Below are positions 28,171 through 37,341 of a stretch of DNA of 64,000 bases, piece after piece (the stretch's first letter is position 1; each line of letters begins with the position of its first letter). Source of the stretch: a virus (Duplodnaviria > Heunggongvirae > Uroviricota > Caudoviricetes); IMG/VR virus record IMGVR_UViG_3300028887_000068, positions 64,001 through 128,000 of that record. One strand, given 5' to 3'. A model generated the notes under the pieces. That model did not search any database. It had not been told where the DNA came from and saw only the letters and a list, made by a program, of their open reading frames with translations. The translations under genes and the position numbers were made by a program.

Positions 28171-28208
28171 CGAGCTAACTTACAGATGTGAACCACAAAG
28201 GAGCTTTT

Positions 28209-28469
28209 ATGGAAACATTAACAATTCCGAATATACAGAACGTATGGACTAAACAGGAAATCTGGTTTAAAAATTGTCCTGACCACATTCCGCAAGCTGG
28301 GCGCTGGCTTATCATTGAATACGTCTCTGATGATAAGAATACCCGTGGACAAACTCTAATCGCGCCGGGTTATTACTCCGAAGCTTTCAAGGAATTCAAG
28401 ATTCATGAGCCCATGCAGATGTCTACTGCACAAACAGTCACTCCAACCAGATGGTGCTATATGAATTAG
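28209..28469 (+). CDS. Hypothetical protein
   Basis: Start behind AAGGAG. Confidence 0.65.
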   Translation: METLTIPNIQNVWTKQEIWFKNCPDHIPQAGRWLIIEYVSDDKNTRGQTLIAPGYYSEAFKEFKIHEPMQMSTAQTVTPTRWCYMN

Positions 28470-28499
28470 ATATAAATTCATAACCATAAAGGAGTAAAA

Positions 28500-28769
28500 A
28501 TGACAAACAAAATTTATATGGGCGCGATGGATGGCGTCATCGAACTGCCAGACCATCTTTACGCTATCGCTGATGAAAGTGGCAAGCTCTTCACTACCCA
28601 AGAAGGAGAGCGAATCACATTCACCCATGATCTTCGTAAAGCTAATCTGTACGCCGAAAAGGATCTTGCTAATGGAATGATCCAAAATGGCAACTATGAA
28701 CAGGCTCTTATCAAACAAGGTTATAAGCTTAAAGTCGTGCCTGTGCTTAAGGAGTTCAAACTCGCATGA
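28500..28769 (+). CDS. Hypothetical protein
   Basis: AAGGAG SD. Confidence 0.7.
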   Translation: MTNKIYMGAMDGVIELPDHLYAIADESGKLFTTQEGERITFTHDLRKANLYAEKDLANGMIQNGNYEQALIKQGYKLKVVPVLKEFKLA

Positions 28770-29092
28770 TACGGAAATGCAAGTTCTGTAAGCGTGATTA
28801 TACCATACCGAAAATATGGTCTAAGCTCGCACAAAGAGGTTTCATTCCTTTCAATGAGGTTTGCCCTAAGTGTATGGTAGAAAGATACGACTGGGAGAGA
28901 GCCATTGCTCTATCGGATGTTCTAAATGATAACAATCCTCTCATGCACTTTACGTGTGGGGATGATGATCATAAGCATGAAGCTAAACGAGTGCTAGGAT
29001 TCATGTCTGAACATCCTGACCAAGACCCCAGATGTATCCTGTTCAAGAAAGAATACGAATACACGGAAGAAAATTATAGTCTGATCGTTTGA
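28766..29092 (+). CDS. Hypothetical zinc-ribbon protein
   Basis: CKFC...CPKC; ATGA overlap. Confidence 0.65.
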   Translation: MIRKCKFCKRDYTIPKIWSKLAQRGFIPFNEVCPKCMVERYDWERAIALSDVLNDNNPLMHFTCGDDDHKHEAKRVLGFMSEHPDQDPRCILFKKEYEYTEENYSLIV

Positions 29093-29106
29093 TCAGACTA
29101 TATTCT

Positions 29107-29496
29107 TTACATAAGCTTGTAAGCACAAGTACGGAGAGTTTGAATGACGTCACCAATGTAGCCATTGATTCCTTCATCCTTGAACTCTTGTGCAGTTTTG
29201 TTAAGCTGGGCGATCGTTGTATTGATGACGAGCCTAGCTTTCGTTACATCAAATTCCGGAATGAAACTGGATTTTCCCTCATGTGTCATTACCTTAGCAG
29301 AGAGAACCCTATAAGATTCCGCCAAACCATCCATCGGCTTCGTAAGACTAGTGTACACCTCTTCGGTAGCTAGATGGTTCCAGTCCTTCGTGTTCCAGTG
29401 CCAGATTCTAAACTGCTGCTGTACATCTTCAAGCAGATTGACGAGGTCACGAAGTGCGTCAAAGTTTTTGTAGCTATGTTCTTCAGTACCTTCCAT
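29107..29496 (-). CDS. Dps/ferritin-like protein
   Basis: QQFRIWHWNT...HLATEEVY...MDGLAESY ferroxidase-type pattern. Confidence 0.75.
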   Translation of the reverse strand: MEGTEEHSYKNFDALRDLVNLLEDVQQQFRIWHWNTKDWNHLATEEVYTSLTKPMDGLAESYRVLSAKVMTHEGKSSFIPEFDVTKARLVINTTIAQLNKTAQEFKDEGINGYIGDVIQTLRTCAYKLM

Positions 29497-29509
29497 AAAG
29501 AACTCCTTT

Positions 29510-29551
29510 TCATTTCAAAGTTGTTCTTCTATGTTCCGAACTAAATACTGA
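29510..29551. promoter_or_regulatory. Divergent pair of putative late promoters
   Basis: AACTTTGAAATGA (-) and AACTAAATACTGA (+). Confidence 0.65.
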
Positions 29552-29643
29552 AGAGAACCAAAAGTTTGCCATAAGGCAATACCCTAGTGTCTCTCGATCG
29601 GCGGAGACACAGGATCCACATTCAACAGCCGATGGAATACATT

Positions 29644-31887
29644 ATGTCTAAAGCATTATCTAGCAGAAGCTTTAAGATCGACACTCGTTTCTACCTGACC
29701 GAGCATGTCGTTAACAATACCACCAAGAAGAAAGTAGTCGCTAAGCCGACACCAGTAAACCACGTTTACTGTTGCGACATTTCCGGCTCCATGTACGATT
29801 CGCTTCCGCCTATGCGTAAGCAACTCAAGAATCGTATCTCTTCGGTCATTGGTGATCAGGACACCATCACCATTATCGCTTTCGCAGGAAGAAATCAGTG
29901 CTTCGTGCTTAAGGAAATGGTTCATTGCAATACCCCGACTGAACTGAAGATGCTCCATGACGCAATCGACAAGTTCCTCAAGCCGATGGGTTGCACTGAC
30001 TTCGTTAACCCGATTGTTGAAACGAAGAAGATCTTTGCGTCCGATACCAAGAACCTATGGAACTGGGTGTTCCTCTCTGACGGTGGTCATAATGAATCTT
30101 CCTTTGACAATGTGATCGATGCTCTTGAAGAAATTAAGTCTCAGGTTGGAAGTGCTTCTATCATTGAATACGGTCTCTATGCGGACTCCGACAGACTCAG
30201 CCAGATGGCTGCAATCCTCGGTGGCACGAAGATTCAGGCCGAAGACTTTGATAGCTATGTGCCTGTCTTTGAAAAGGCTCTCAAGCGTCGTAACATGAGC
30301 AAGAACATTGCTTATGAACTCGACAAGGAAGTCCTTGACAATCGCAAGCTCCCGCAGCTCTTCTACCTTGATCCTGCAAGTGAAACAATCCATGTCCTCA
30401 TTCCGGATAACAAGAACAAGGTCTATCTTCCGGAAGAAATTAAGACATTCTACAGCATCTCCTCCAAGGTTGTCGGTGACAATTCCAAGAAGCCGATGGA
30501 TGATACTAGTGCGCTCTATGGAGCAGCAAGCATCTGTGCCGACCGTCTTCAGTACGGTATGGTGGAAAAGATCCTTGCTACAATCGGTGACAAGAAGTTC
30601 ATCCAGATGTACTCTGTCGCCTTCGGTAAGTCTCGTCTCTTCTCCTTCCAACAGGAAGTGACAATTGCTACATTCCACGCAGAATCCCGTGGTGAGATCG
30701 ATCCCAACTATCAGGCACCCGATAATACTTACTGTATCGTTGACCTTGTGGATGATCTCAAGAACGGTAACAACGAAATCTGTGTATGCAGCCCTGACTT
30801 TACCTACAAGCGCACATCTGCCAAGACCGTTGATAAGATCGAATTGACGGAAGAAGAAAAGGAGCTCTTGGCAAAGGCTAAGACCGCAGCCCAGATTGAA
30901 AAGATCACTAAGGCTGCTGAAGAACGCAAGGTCAAGATGACGATGGTCGATAAGGGTTATTCTATCGATAACTTCACTTGGAACGAAACCAGAGCAAATC
31001 TCTCGGCACGTTTCCAGATTGACGTCAAGCTTGAACTCCCGCAAAACGAATTTAAGATTAAAGAAGTCGAATCCTCTGTATGGCGTAACTATACGCTTAT
31101 TAAAGATGGTATTGTGAATGTGGATATCGTACCTGTCATTCTCGACGAAGCAACTTTCAAGAAGATTTCCGACTCCGCTGTGAAGATGGAAGCCGTCAAG
31201 AAGACAGAAGATAATCGTATGCTCTGCAAGATCGACTTCAGATCTGTTCCGGTTTTGAACCGCAACAAGGTCTATGCAAGCAAGAAGACTACCATGACCA
31301 AGCTCTCTCTCGAACTCGAAGAATACAAGTTCGAATTGAAGTATCTCGGATACCTCAAGAAGAAGCTCGGCATTATTGACAAGGAACTTATCAAGGATAG
31401 CAAGCTCTCTGAAAAGGCCAAGGAATACTTGGCAACGCTCGGTATCACGGCTAAGGGTTATAACCCGGCTAAGGAAGCTGTGAAGAGCGAAGACTTCTAC
31501 ATGTGCACAGAGTTTGTTACCAAGATCGCTGGATTCTCCAAGATTCCGGCTGTCGAAGATATCGACAAGAAGCTCAAAAAGAAACAATCTTTGACTGCTG
31601 CTGAAACATTCCTTCAGGAAGTAATGGCATTTATCGACCGCAAGTATCTCTCCAAGGCAAAGGGAGACGCATACAAGGCTGCTGTTGAATCTGCCTTTAA
31701 CGCTATTACCATCAAGAAAAAGGCTGTCGCCCAGAAACTCTCTACGATGAAGTTTGCTATGCTCGTCGCTAAGAAGTGGTTCTTTGACTGCGAAAGCTTT
31801 GATGATAATACTGACAAGATCGACTCTAGCTTCGGTCAGACTCTTGAGTTCACTTACGAATTCAAGGAAAGCAAGCAGGAACTCTAA
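29644..31887 (+). CDS. vWA-domain protein
   Basis: MIDAS CDISGSM, GCTDF, FLSDGG; long C-terminal region. Confidence 0.85.
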   Translation: MSKALSSRSFKIDTRFYLTEHVVNNTTKKKVVAKPTPVNHVYCCDISGSMYDSLPPMRKQLKNRISSVIGDQDTITIIAFAGRNQCFVLKEMVHCNTPTELKMLHDAIDKFLKPMGCTDFVNPIVETKKIFASDTKNLWNWVFLSDGGHNESSFDNVIDALEEIKSQVGSASIIEYGLYADSDRLSQMAAILGGTKIQAEDFDSYVPVFEKALKRRNMSKNIAYELDKEVLDNRKLPQLFYLDPASETIHVLIPDNKNKVYLPEEIKTFYSISSKVVGDNSKKPMDDTSALYGAASICADRLQYGMVEKILATIGDKKFIQMYSVAFGKSRLFSFQQEVTIATFHAESRGEIDPNYQAPDNTYCIVDLVDDLKNGNNEICVCSPDFTYKRTSAKTVDKIELTEEEKELLAKAKTAAQIEKITKAAEERKVKMTMVDKGYSIDNFTWNETRANLSARFQIDVKLELPQNEFKIKEVESSVWRNYTLIKDGIVNVDIVPVILDEATFKKISDSAVKMEAVKKTEDNRMLCKIDFRSVPVLNRNKVYASKKTTMTKLSLELEEYKFELKYLGYLKKKLGIIDKELIKDSKLSEKAKEYLATLGITAKGYNPAKEAVKSEDFYMCTEFVTKIAGFSKIPAVEDIDKKLKKKQSLTAAETFLQEVMAFIDRKYLSKAKGDAYKAAVESAFNAITIKKKAVAQKLSTMKFAMLVAKKWFFDCESFDDNTDKIDSSFGQTLEFTYEFKESKQEL

Positions 31888-31901
31888 CAGAGTTTACACA
31901 G

Positions 31902-31934
31902 ACGGCTTCTCAAGTGAGAAGCCGTTTATTTTTT
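31902..31934 (+). terminator. Intrinsic terminator
   Basis: ACGGCTTCTC-AAGT-GAGAAGCCGT followed by a T-rich tail. Confidence 0.7.
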
Positions 31935-31972
31935 CCAACTAAAGAATGAAGTTCATAGGAAAGGATTATACA

Positions 31973-32503
31973 ATGGCAAAACTTACAGCTAACTTTGACC
32001 TTAGCGAATTCACTAAGGGAGCAGAAGTGAACGACTACCAGAAGAGTCTTTTACAACTTTTGGCAAACAATCTTCAGATCGTCAGAGACAGACTTCAGAA
32101 GTACTCAAGGAACAGCAAACCTGTATCCATCACTGTCTCATCTGGCGTTCGCACAATGGCGGACTATGAAAGACTGAAGAAGGCAGGACACAACCCTTCA
32201 GCAAACTCTGACCACTTCTGCGGATATCAGCCGGGAACGAAGCCTACTCTCGGAGCTGCCGATATCAAGGTTAGCAACTGTACACTCTCTCTGAAGGATA
32301 TTGCCAAGCTCATTATCGAATGGGATAAAGCGGGTAAGGTTCACTTCGGACAAGTCATCTATGAATTCAACCCGGCTACAGAAGCTTGCTGGATTCATGT
32401 AGGAAACGACTGGAACCAAATCTTTAAGGAAGGCATTGTGGTATCAAGAACTAAGTACTTGATGAGCCTTGACAACGGCAGATCGTATACGAAATTCGTG
32501 TAA
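31973..32503 (+). CDS. Peptidase M15A-type zinc peptidase, candidate endolysin
   Basis: LTANFDLSEF, VSSGVRT, SDHF, AADI, WIHVG. Confidence 0.8.
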   Translation: MAKLTANFDLSEFTKGAEVNDYQKSLLQLLANNLQIVRDRLQKYSRNSKPVSITVSSGVRTMADYERLKKAGHNPSANSDHFCGYQPGTKPTLGAADIKVSNCTLSLKDIAKLIIEWDKAGKVHFGQVIYEFNPATEACWIHVGNDWNQIFKEGIVVSRTKYLMSLDNGRSYTKFV

Positions 32504-32521
32504 AGATGGCTTAATAGAACT

Positions 32522-32534
32522 AACTTTATAATGA
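32522..32534 (+). promoter_or_regulatory. Putative late promoter of tRNA-Met
   Basis: AACTTTATAATGA. Confidence 0.7.
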
Positions 32535-32541
32535 AAGTTTC

Positions 32542-32614
32542 TGCGGGGTATCGCAGTTGGTAGCTTGCCAGTCTCATAATCTGGAGGTCGTGAGTTCGAG
32601 TCTCACCCCCGCCA
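32542..32614 (+). tRNA. trnM-CAU: tRNA-Met(CAU), initiator-like
   Basis: TGCGGGG...CCAGT CTCATAA TCTGG AGGTC GTGAG TTCGAGT CTCAC CCCCGCC A; 1:72 mismatch. Confidence 0.85.
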
Positions 32615-32683
32615 TACTCTTGTTGTCTCATGATAATACGTACGACTTCCGTACGTATTATTTTTATTTCCGTTAGTATATTA

Positions 32684-32755
32684 TTTAATGTAGTTTAGCG
32701 GTAAAACAGCCGCCCTCATTGGGCGGCAGTCATGGGTTCGAATCCCATCACTTTT
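32684..32755 (+). pseudogene. Degenerate tRNA / tRNA-like element
   Basis: Intact D arm (GTTT/AAAC) and T arm (ATGGG TTCGAAT CCCAT), GCCGC/GCGGC anticodon stem with a 9-nt loop, acceptor stem with only 3 pairs. Confidence 0.6.
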
Positions 32756-32829
32756 TTTTGTATGTAGTTTTCTATGTTCCGATTGCATATTAAACTATGC
32801 GTTAACAAATAAAAGCTCAGGAGGCTACT

Positions 32830-33168
32830 ATGAATATACGCACAGAGAGATCGAGCACATATGTTCTCATCGCAAAAGGACAGGCAGAAGAATTCTGCCA
32901 GTTTGCTTCTCAAGATTGGCATCAAGTCTTGGCTCGTGATGGCAAATACGCAGATACTACGATTGCTCTCGTGGCATTGAAGAATCTCCCGGTATTTACC
33001 CTCAACGACATTGCTCGCTTCCTTAGAAACGAACAGTACGATTGGATGCAGATCCATATGAGTACCCTCAAACCAACATTTATGTTTGCCTGTGATGGCT
33101 TATACTGGACGGGTACGGTCGATCCGAATTGCCTAATCGACTGGCAGCTTAACTCGATCTGCAAGTAA
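32830..33168 (+). CDS. Hypothetical protein
   Basis: CAGGAGG SD. Confidence 0.7.
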   Translation: MNIRTERSSTYVLIAKGQAEEFCQFASQDWHQVLARDGKYADTTIALVALKNLPVFTLNDIARFLRNEQYDWMQIHMSTLKPTFMFACDGLYWTGTVDPNCLIDWQLNSICK

Positions 33169-33176
33169 ACAAAAAA

Positions 33177-33212
33177 AAATAAGAAGACCCTCTCAACTGG
33201 GTCTTCTTTTTT
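33177..33212. terminator. Bidirectional terminator
   Basis: AAGAAGACCC/GGGTCTTCTT stem flanked by A and T runs. Confidence 0.65.
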
Positions 33213-33748
33213 TAGAATCGCATGATTCTCTGCTTAGCAGTATTGAACCATGACAGGAGTTCTCTAGCCTTTTCTTGCTTGGCGGGAGAAGCTATTACGG
33301 TATTGTCCAGAACGAACATATACTCGATATCAGTGAATTCCATGAGCGCACTTACGCAGTTTGCACAAGGAAAAGTACTGAGAACGAGAAGGCATTCACG
33401 CCATTCTTCAGCCGTATGGACGAATCCGCTTTTCATTGCGTTAATGATAAGGCGGATCTCTGAATGAATCACCACGTCGCCTTTACGAAGACCTGTCTTA
33501 GAGATCTCGGGATCGCTGTCATGCTTTTCCCAGAATCCTTTAGGATAGGACGTATCAGCGTACTTGGAAAGATTCGCAGAGACAATACAGGAAAGGTCAG
33601 GCTTGATGAGAGCTGAACCTACTTGTACTAGCTTGTCCGTGCTGAGAGATTCAGCCAACTGGATTTTATTTTTTGCCAGCTGGATGATTTCCTCAGACGG
33701 AGTTTCAATACCGAATTCCTGTCTCCAGGCATCAATTACTTTGTGCAA
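33212..33748 (-). CDS. Cytidine/dCMP deaminase-family protein
   Basis: IHSE (HxE) and FPCANC (PCxxC) zinc motifs; KLVQVGSALI. Confidence 0.85.
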   Translation of the reverse strand: MHKVIDAWRQEFGIETPSEEIIQLAKNKIQLAESLSTDKLVQVGSALIKPDLSCIVSANLSKYADTSYPKGFWEKHDSDPEISKTGLRKGDVVIHSEIRLIINAMKSGFVHTAEEWRECLLVLSTFPCANCVSALMEFTDIEYMFVLDNTVIASPAKQEKARELLSWFNTAKQRIMRF

Positions 33749-34217
33749 AGATGTCGCCTCCTATCTTGGTAAGGATCTTCTTGCGATCTTCGGGTTCGAA
33801 CACATTGATGTTGCGTTCGATAAACTCTCTCGTAACGATGCTAACCGAGATATCGAAGTTCATTACGATATAAGCCAGATGCCTTAACGTGTTACTGTAA
33901 AGCATCTTGAAATAGTCATCTTCAGATGGATCTTCTCTAACACTCTGAAGAGCCTTGTTCATGAGATCTTTCTTGAACCCTTCTTTGTCAAGGATCTTAG
34001 AAAAGTCAGCGAAGTTGATGATCACATACTTTGCGCCATCAAGCTTACCCACGAACAATGGCTTGATCTTAAAATTTTCGAACGTCTGGTCTTTAGCCAA
34101 GTCCTTAGCAGAGACCATGTACAGGTTTTCGGAGAACAGAAGAGTACTACGGTTGTAATACCTTGTAATCATCTGATTCTTAATATCTGTTGTCTCGTCA
34201 AATTTAGCTGCTGCCAT
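33732..34217 (-). CDS. Hypothetical protein
   Basis: 161 aa, coupled to the JAB and deaminase genes. Confidence 0.7.
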   Translation of the reverse strand: MAAAKFDETTDIKNQMITRYYNRSTLLFSENLYMVSAKDLAKDQTFENFKIKPLFVGKLDGAKYVIINFADFSKILDKEGFKKDLMNKALQSVREDPSEDDYFKMLYSNTLRHLAYIVMNFDISVSIVTREFIERNINVFEPEDRKKILTKIGGDIFAQSN

Positions 34218-34218
34218 A

Positions 34219-35349
34219 CTATTTCCTCATGAAATCGAGGGAGTCCAGTGGTTCTTCATCGATGTCGCCAAAGATCTCTCGTTCTATGGCTTCTTGTCTT
34301 GCGACTTCTTCATCGAATTCATCAGCCGTGATGGACGGAAACTCGACGACATTATCTCTAGGAATAACTTGGAAAGGTTTACCCTTTCTTACGCCACCAA
34401 CAGAGTCTCCCAAGGAGTTTCTGAATCCAGCGAAACCGCGATCCCTGATTCGCAACTTCTTGTTTTTCTTGTTGTGCTTCCGTTGATGGCGGGACAGAAA
34501 ACCCTGAGCGTCTCCGAATATATCTTCTTCGCCCCATGCACTGATGGCACAACCGTTAATCTTGATGCGTTCCTTAAGGACATTAACATCGAGATCCGTT
34601 TCGATATTGTCACATGCTTCATGCAACTTATCGTAATCGGTCTTTTCCGTCGGCTTTTCTTCTTCGGCTTTCTTAGCTTCTGCTTCCGCTTCTTTAGCCT
34701 TCATAGCCATTTCGTAATCCGGGTTTGCAACCATACGATAGGTTTTCTGATCCCAGATATACTTGGCAATCCACTTGCCATTCACATAGGTACCAGTGGC
34801 ATAAGAAGATCCGGTATAGATGGAAGAATTGTAAACAACTTTGTGGAGTCTTCTGCTAATTGGAATGAGTTCACCGTCAACATCAGCGTACGCCGTAAGC
34901 TTGAGAGGAAGAATCTTATCGCCCCACGGAACGTTGATCACAGCATCCGGCACAACATAGCCTTGCTGATAGAGGAACGAAATACCGTTAACACTGTTGA
35001 TGTACTCTTGGTCTTCAGACGAGAAGGCAGAGCAACCGTCAGGATGGCGATGCACCGCTGTGTTAAGCGTTCTGTCAAGCGGCTTCTTTCCGTAACCAGT
35101 TTCCGGGTCGATTTCAAAGGTCGTGTCTTCGATGGTGACATGAGCACCCGAGACTGTCTGGTATGGGATGCTGTATTCGTCTTCGTCAATGAAGACTTCG
35201 AGGTTATCCATGTCCACTTCGGCGTGAAGGAACATAGCATATTCGTTATAACCTGCATAGAGCGTCTTCATGTCTTCAAGACGCTTCAAGACTTTTGGTG
35301 GGATAATTAGTTTGCCCTCAAGAATTTGGGGTCGAACGTCAATTTCCAT
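34219..35349 (-). CDS. JAB/MPN+ metallopeptidase (deubiquitinase-like) with long C-terminal extension
   Basis: NEYAMFL catalytic Glu and HRHPDGCSAFSSED, which fits HxH-x7-S-x2-D. Confidence 0.85.
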   Translation of the reverse strand: MEIDVRPQILEGKLIIPPKVLKRLEDMKTLYAGYNEYAMFLHAEVDMDNLEVFIDEDEYSIPYQTVSGAHVTIEDTTFEIDPETGYGKKPLDRTLNTAVHRHPDGCSAFSSEDQEYINSVNGISFLYQQGYVVPDAVINVPWGDKILPLKLTAYADVDGELIPISRRLHKVVYNSSIYTGSSYATGTYVNGKWIAKYIWDQKTYRMVANPDYEMAMKAKEAEAEAKKAEEEKPTEKTDYDKLHEACDNIETDLDVNVLKERIKINGCAISAWGEEDIFGDAQGFLSRHQRKHNKKNKKLRIRDRGFAGFRNSLGDSVGGVRKGKPFQVIPRDNVVEFPSITADEFDEEVARQEAIEREIFGDIDEEPLDSLDFMRK

Positions 35350-35363
35350 AATGTTGCCTCGTT

Positions 35364-35395
35364 AAAAATAAAGCGGTAGGAGAAATTCCTACCGC
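35364..35395 (-). terminator. Terminator after the Ubl gene
   Basis: Minus strand GCGGTAGG/CCTACCGC followed by TTTATTTTT. Confidence 0.6.
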
Positions 35396-35415
35396 AAACT
35401 TTCTGCTTTGCTTTA

Positions 35416-35946
35416 TTAGCAAGCAGCGCCAGAGTCCTTCTGCTTCAATTCGACAACGTCGCCGTTGTGAATACCAGAGAGAAGCACCGGACGACCGTTC
35501 ACATACGGTTCCACCTTGTAGGTAGCGTTCTTGCTAGCGAAAGCTTCAAGACCTGCCTTCAATTCGCTAACATCATCAAAGTCGATTGTTTCCTCAGCCG
35601 ATGCGCTCGGATTGTGCGGGTGGCTGATCTTTACGGTAACATGGTTTGCAGATTCTTTCTTTTCCACAACTGTTGCAGCCTTCGGAGCGGCAGCAGCCTT
35701 CTTAGCCGGAGCAGCTGCCGGAGTCCTTGCAGCTGCCTTGTCCTTGTTGTTGAGGCTATCGATGTCGAGCCAGTCCGGACGGAGATTCTTCAACATGGAA
35801 CGGAGTTCCTTGTTGCTCTTAATCTTGGTCTTGAGAGCAGATTCGGTCGTGTCAAGAGCTGTCACGATCTTCTTAATGCTGGAGCTGGACTTATTCCATT
35901 CTTTTGCGACGGTTTTAACGTCGAGTTGGGATGCACTTTTAGCCAT
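35416..35946 (-). CDS. Ubiquitin-like (beta-grasp) modifier with N-terminal helical domain
   Basis: C-terminal ~75 aa VTVKISHP...VEPYVNGRPVLLSGIHNGDVVELKQKDSG-AAC fits the ThiS/MoaD/Ubl pattern (L..GD.V.l) ending in Gly plus 3 residues; operon context supports the call. Confidence 0.7.
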   Translation of the reverse strand: MAKSASQLDVKTVAKEWNKSSSSIKKIVTALDTTESALKTKIKSNKELRSMLKNLRPDWLDIDSLNNKDKAAARTPAAAPAKKAAAAPKAATVVEKKESANHVTVKISHPHNPSASAEETIDFDDVSELKAGLEAFASKNATYKVEPYVNGRPVLLSGIHNGDVVELKQKDSGAAC

Positions 35947-36029
35947 CTTTTTTCCTTTTGTTTTTTGTGATTGTTAACAACAGTCTCAATTATATTAATC
36001 AAGACTGTTGTTTATATAATGTTGATTTT

Positions 36030-36698
36030 TTAGCTTAACAACACGGCAACAGGACTGCTATCAAAGTCCTTGGAGAGTTCGACATCAGCGAAGTCTTCCG
36101 TAGGAGGAGGCATGTTCGATGTCGGATCATCTACCAATGACTTGAAGATGTCACCGAGTCTAAACCAGTTTTCTTGATGGTAATCTGACAATCCATTTTC
36201 ATTGATGATTGCCGTTTCCATCTCGTTGATTCTAAGAAACGACAGAGTCTGACGGATCTTAGAACAGCACAACTTAACGTTTCTGCTTTCAGGATTTTCC
36301 TGTGCCAGAATTGCACGAAGTTTACTCGTAAGCATCCACAGAATGAACTTCAGGTAGAGCTTTCCTACAGCTCCGCCAAGGTCATCTACAGCGATTTCAT
36401 TCACGTAATAGATGTATTCTGGGGATTCACGCATGGCATCGATAAGCATGACAATAACCTTTCTTGCGGCCACGCCATACATGCCACGTTCGAGCCTGAA
36501 CAATTCACGAATCACTTCGGTTTCGTTAAGCAACAGTCCGACATAGATTGGAATATTCTCATCGGGTTCGAGGTCATAGAAATAATAGTGTTCGGAGTCA
36601 TACGATTTGAAAGCAGCAATGTTGCGCTTTGCCAAAATTCGGTAGATGGTCTTAACATTCGGATTGTTGTCTACCAGCTGATAATTAGGCATCTGCAA
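36030..36698 (-). CDS. Hypothetical helical protein within the Ubl operon
   Basis: 222 aa; 14-nt overlap with the E1 gene. Confidence 0.75.
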   Translation of the reverse strand: MQMPNYQLVDNNPNVKTIYRILAKRNIAAFKSYDSEHYYFYDLEPDENIPIYVGLLLNETEVIRELFRLERGMYGVAARKVIVMLIDAMRESPEYIYYVNEIAVDDLGGAVGKLYLKFILWMLTSKLRAILAQENPESRNVKLCCSKIRQTLSFLRINEMETAIINENGLSDYHQENWFRLGDIFKSLVDDPTSNMPPPTEDFADVELSKDFDSSPVAVLLS

Positions 36699-37341
36699 CC
36701 TCCTTAATCAACGAAGTAATCTTTTCTTCGATATTGAAGACTTCGATGTCGTGAACTTCCTTGTTCGTATAGCGAGTATCCATGCGGATGTGTCTTGCCA
36801 GATGGACGGACAACCAAATCGGCGGAAGACAGAAGCTCGGAGTGGTTCCATAGCGGACTGCTTCAAGTTCAGTACCGAAGACAGAATCATTACTGTGGAA
36901 CGGATTGACTTCCATTCTGGCTCCATACGCTCCATTGTACGTGAGCTTGAAGTCAATCTCCGGGAAAATGCACTTCGGGTCGATGGTGTCACGACAGTCA
37001 ATAACCGTGACATAGAGAGATTCTCTCAATCTCTTCCACACTTCTTCATTGTACACTTCTGTTTCCAGAGTGACGTTAGACATCGAACCACCTTCAGCTT
37101 CGATGATGTCCTTGAGGAAGTCCTTGGACTTTTCGAAGAAATCTTCTCTGGTGGAGATTCTGTAATTGCGATCTGCTTTGAGACCACCGATCCCACGAAC
37201 GAAGAAGTCGCTTCTGTTAAGGTTAGAAGCTTCAACAGTGTCATCGTCAATAGTAATGATTTTGCCATCAAATGTCTTAGACAAAACCATCTTCACATTA
37301 GAGCCGATTCCGCCAGCTCCGAGAATAACGAAATTGCGCAT
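36685..37341 (-). CDS. E1/ThiF-family adenylating enzyme
   Basis: VILGAGGIGS, IDDDTVEASNLNR, VIDCRD. Confidence 0.9.
   Translation of the reverse strand: MRNFVILGAGGIGSNVKMVLSKTFDGKIITIDDDTVEASNLNRSDFFVRGIGGLKADRNYRISTREDFFEKSKDFLKDIIEAEGGSMSNVTLETEVYNEEVWKRLRESLYVTVIDCRDTIDPKCIFPEIDFKLTYNGAYGARMEVNPFHSNDSVFGTELEAVRYGTTPSFCLPPIWLSVHLARHIRMDTRYTNKEVHDIEVFNIEEKITSLIKEVADA

Noticed and set aside
32615-32683. Theta/HDV-like ribozyme at tRNA 3' ends (also checked after tRNA-Arg)
   Set aside because: Downstream sequences are AT-rich hairpins or T runs with no nested double pseudoknot.
36685-37341. ThiF/MoeB role in thiamine or molybdopterin synthesis
   Set aside because: No ThiG, ThiH or MoaE genes nearby, no CxxC zinc motifs, and the neighbours are E2-like and JAB genes. 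Not formally excluded.
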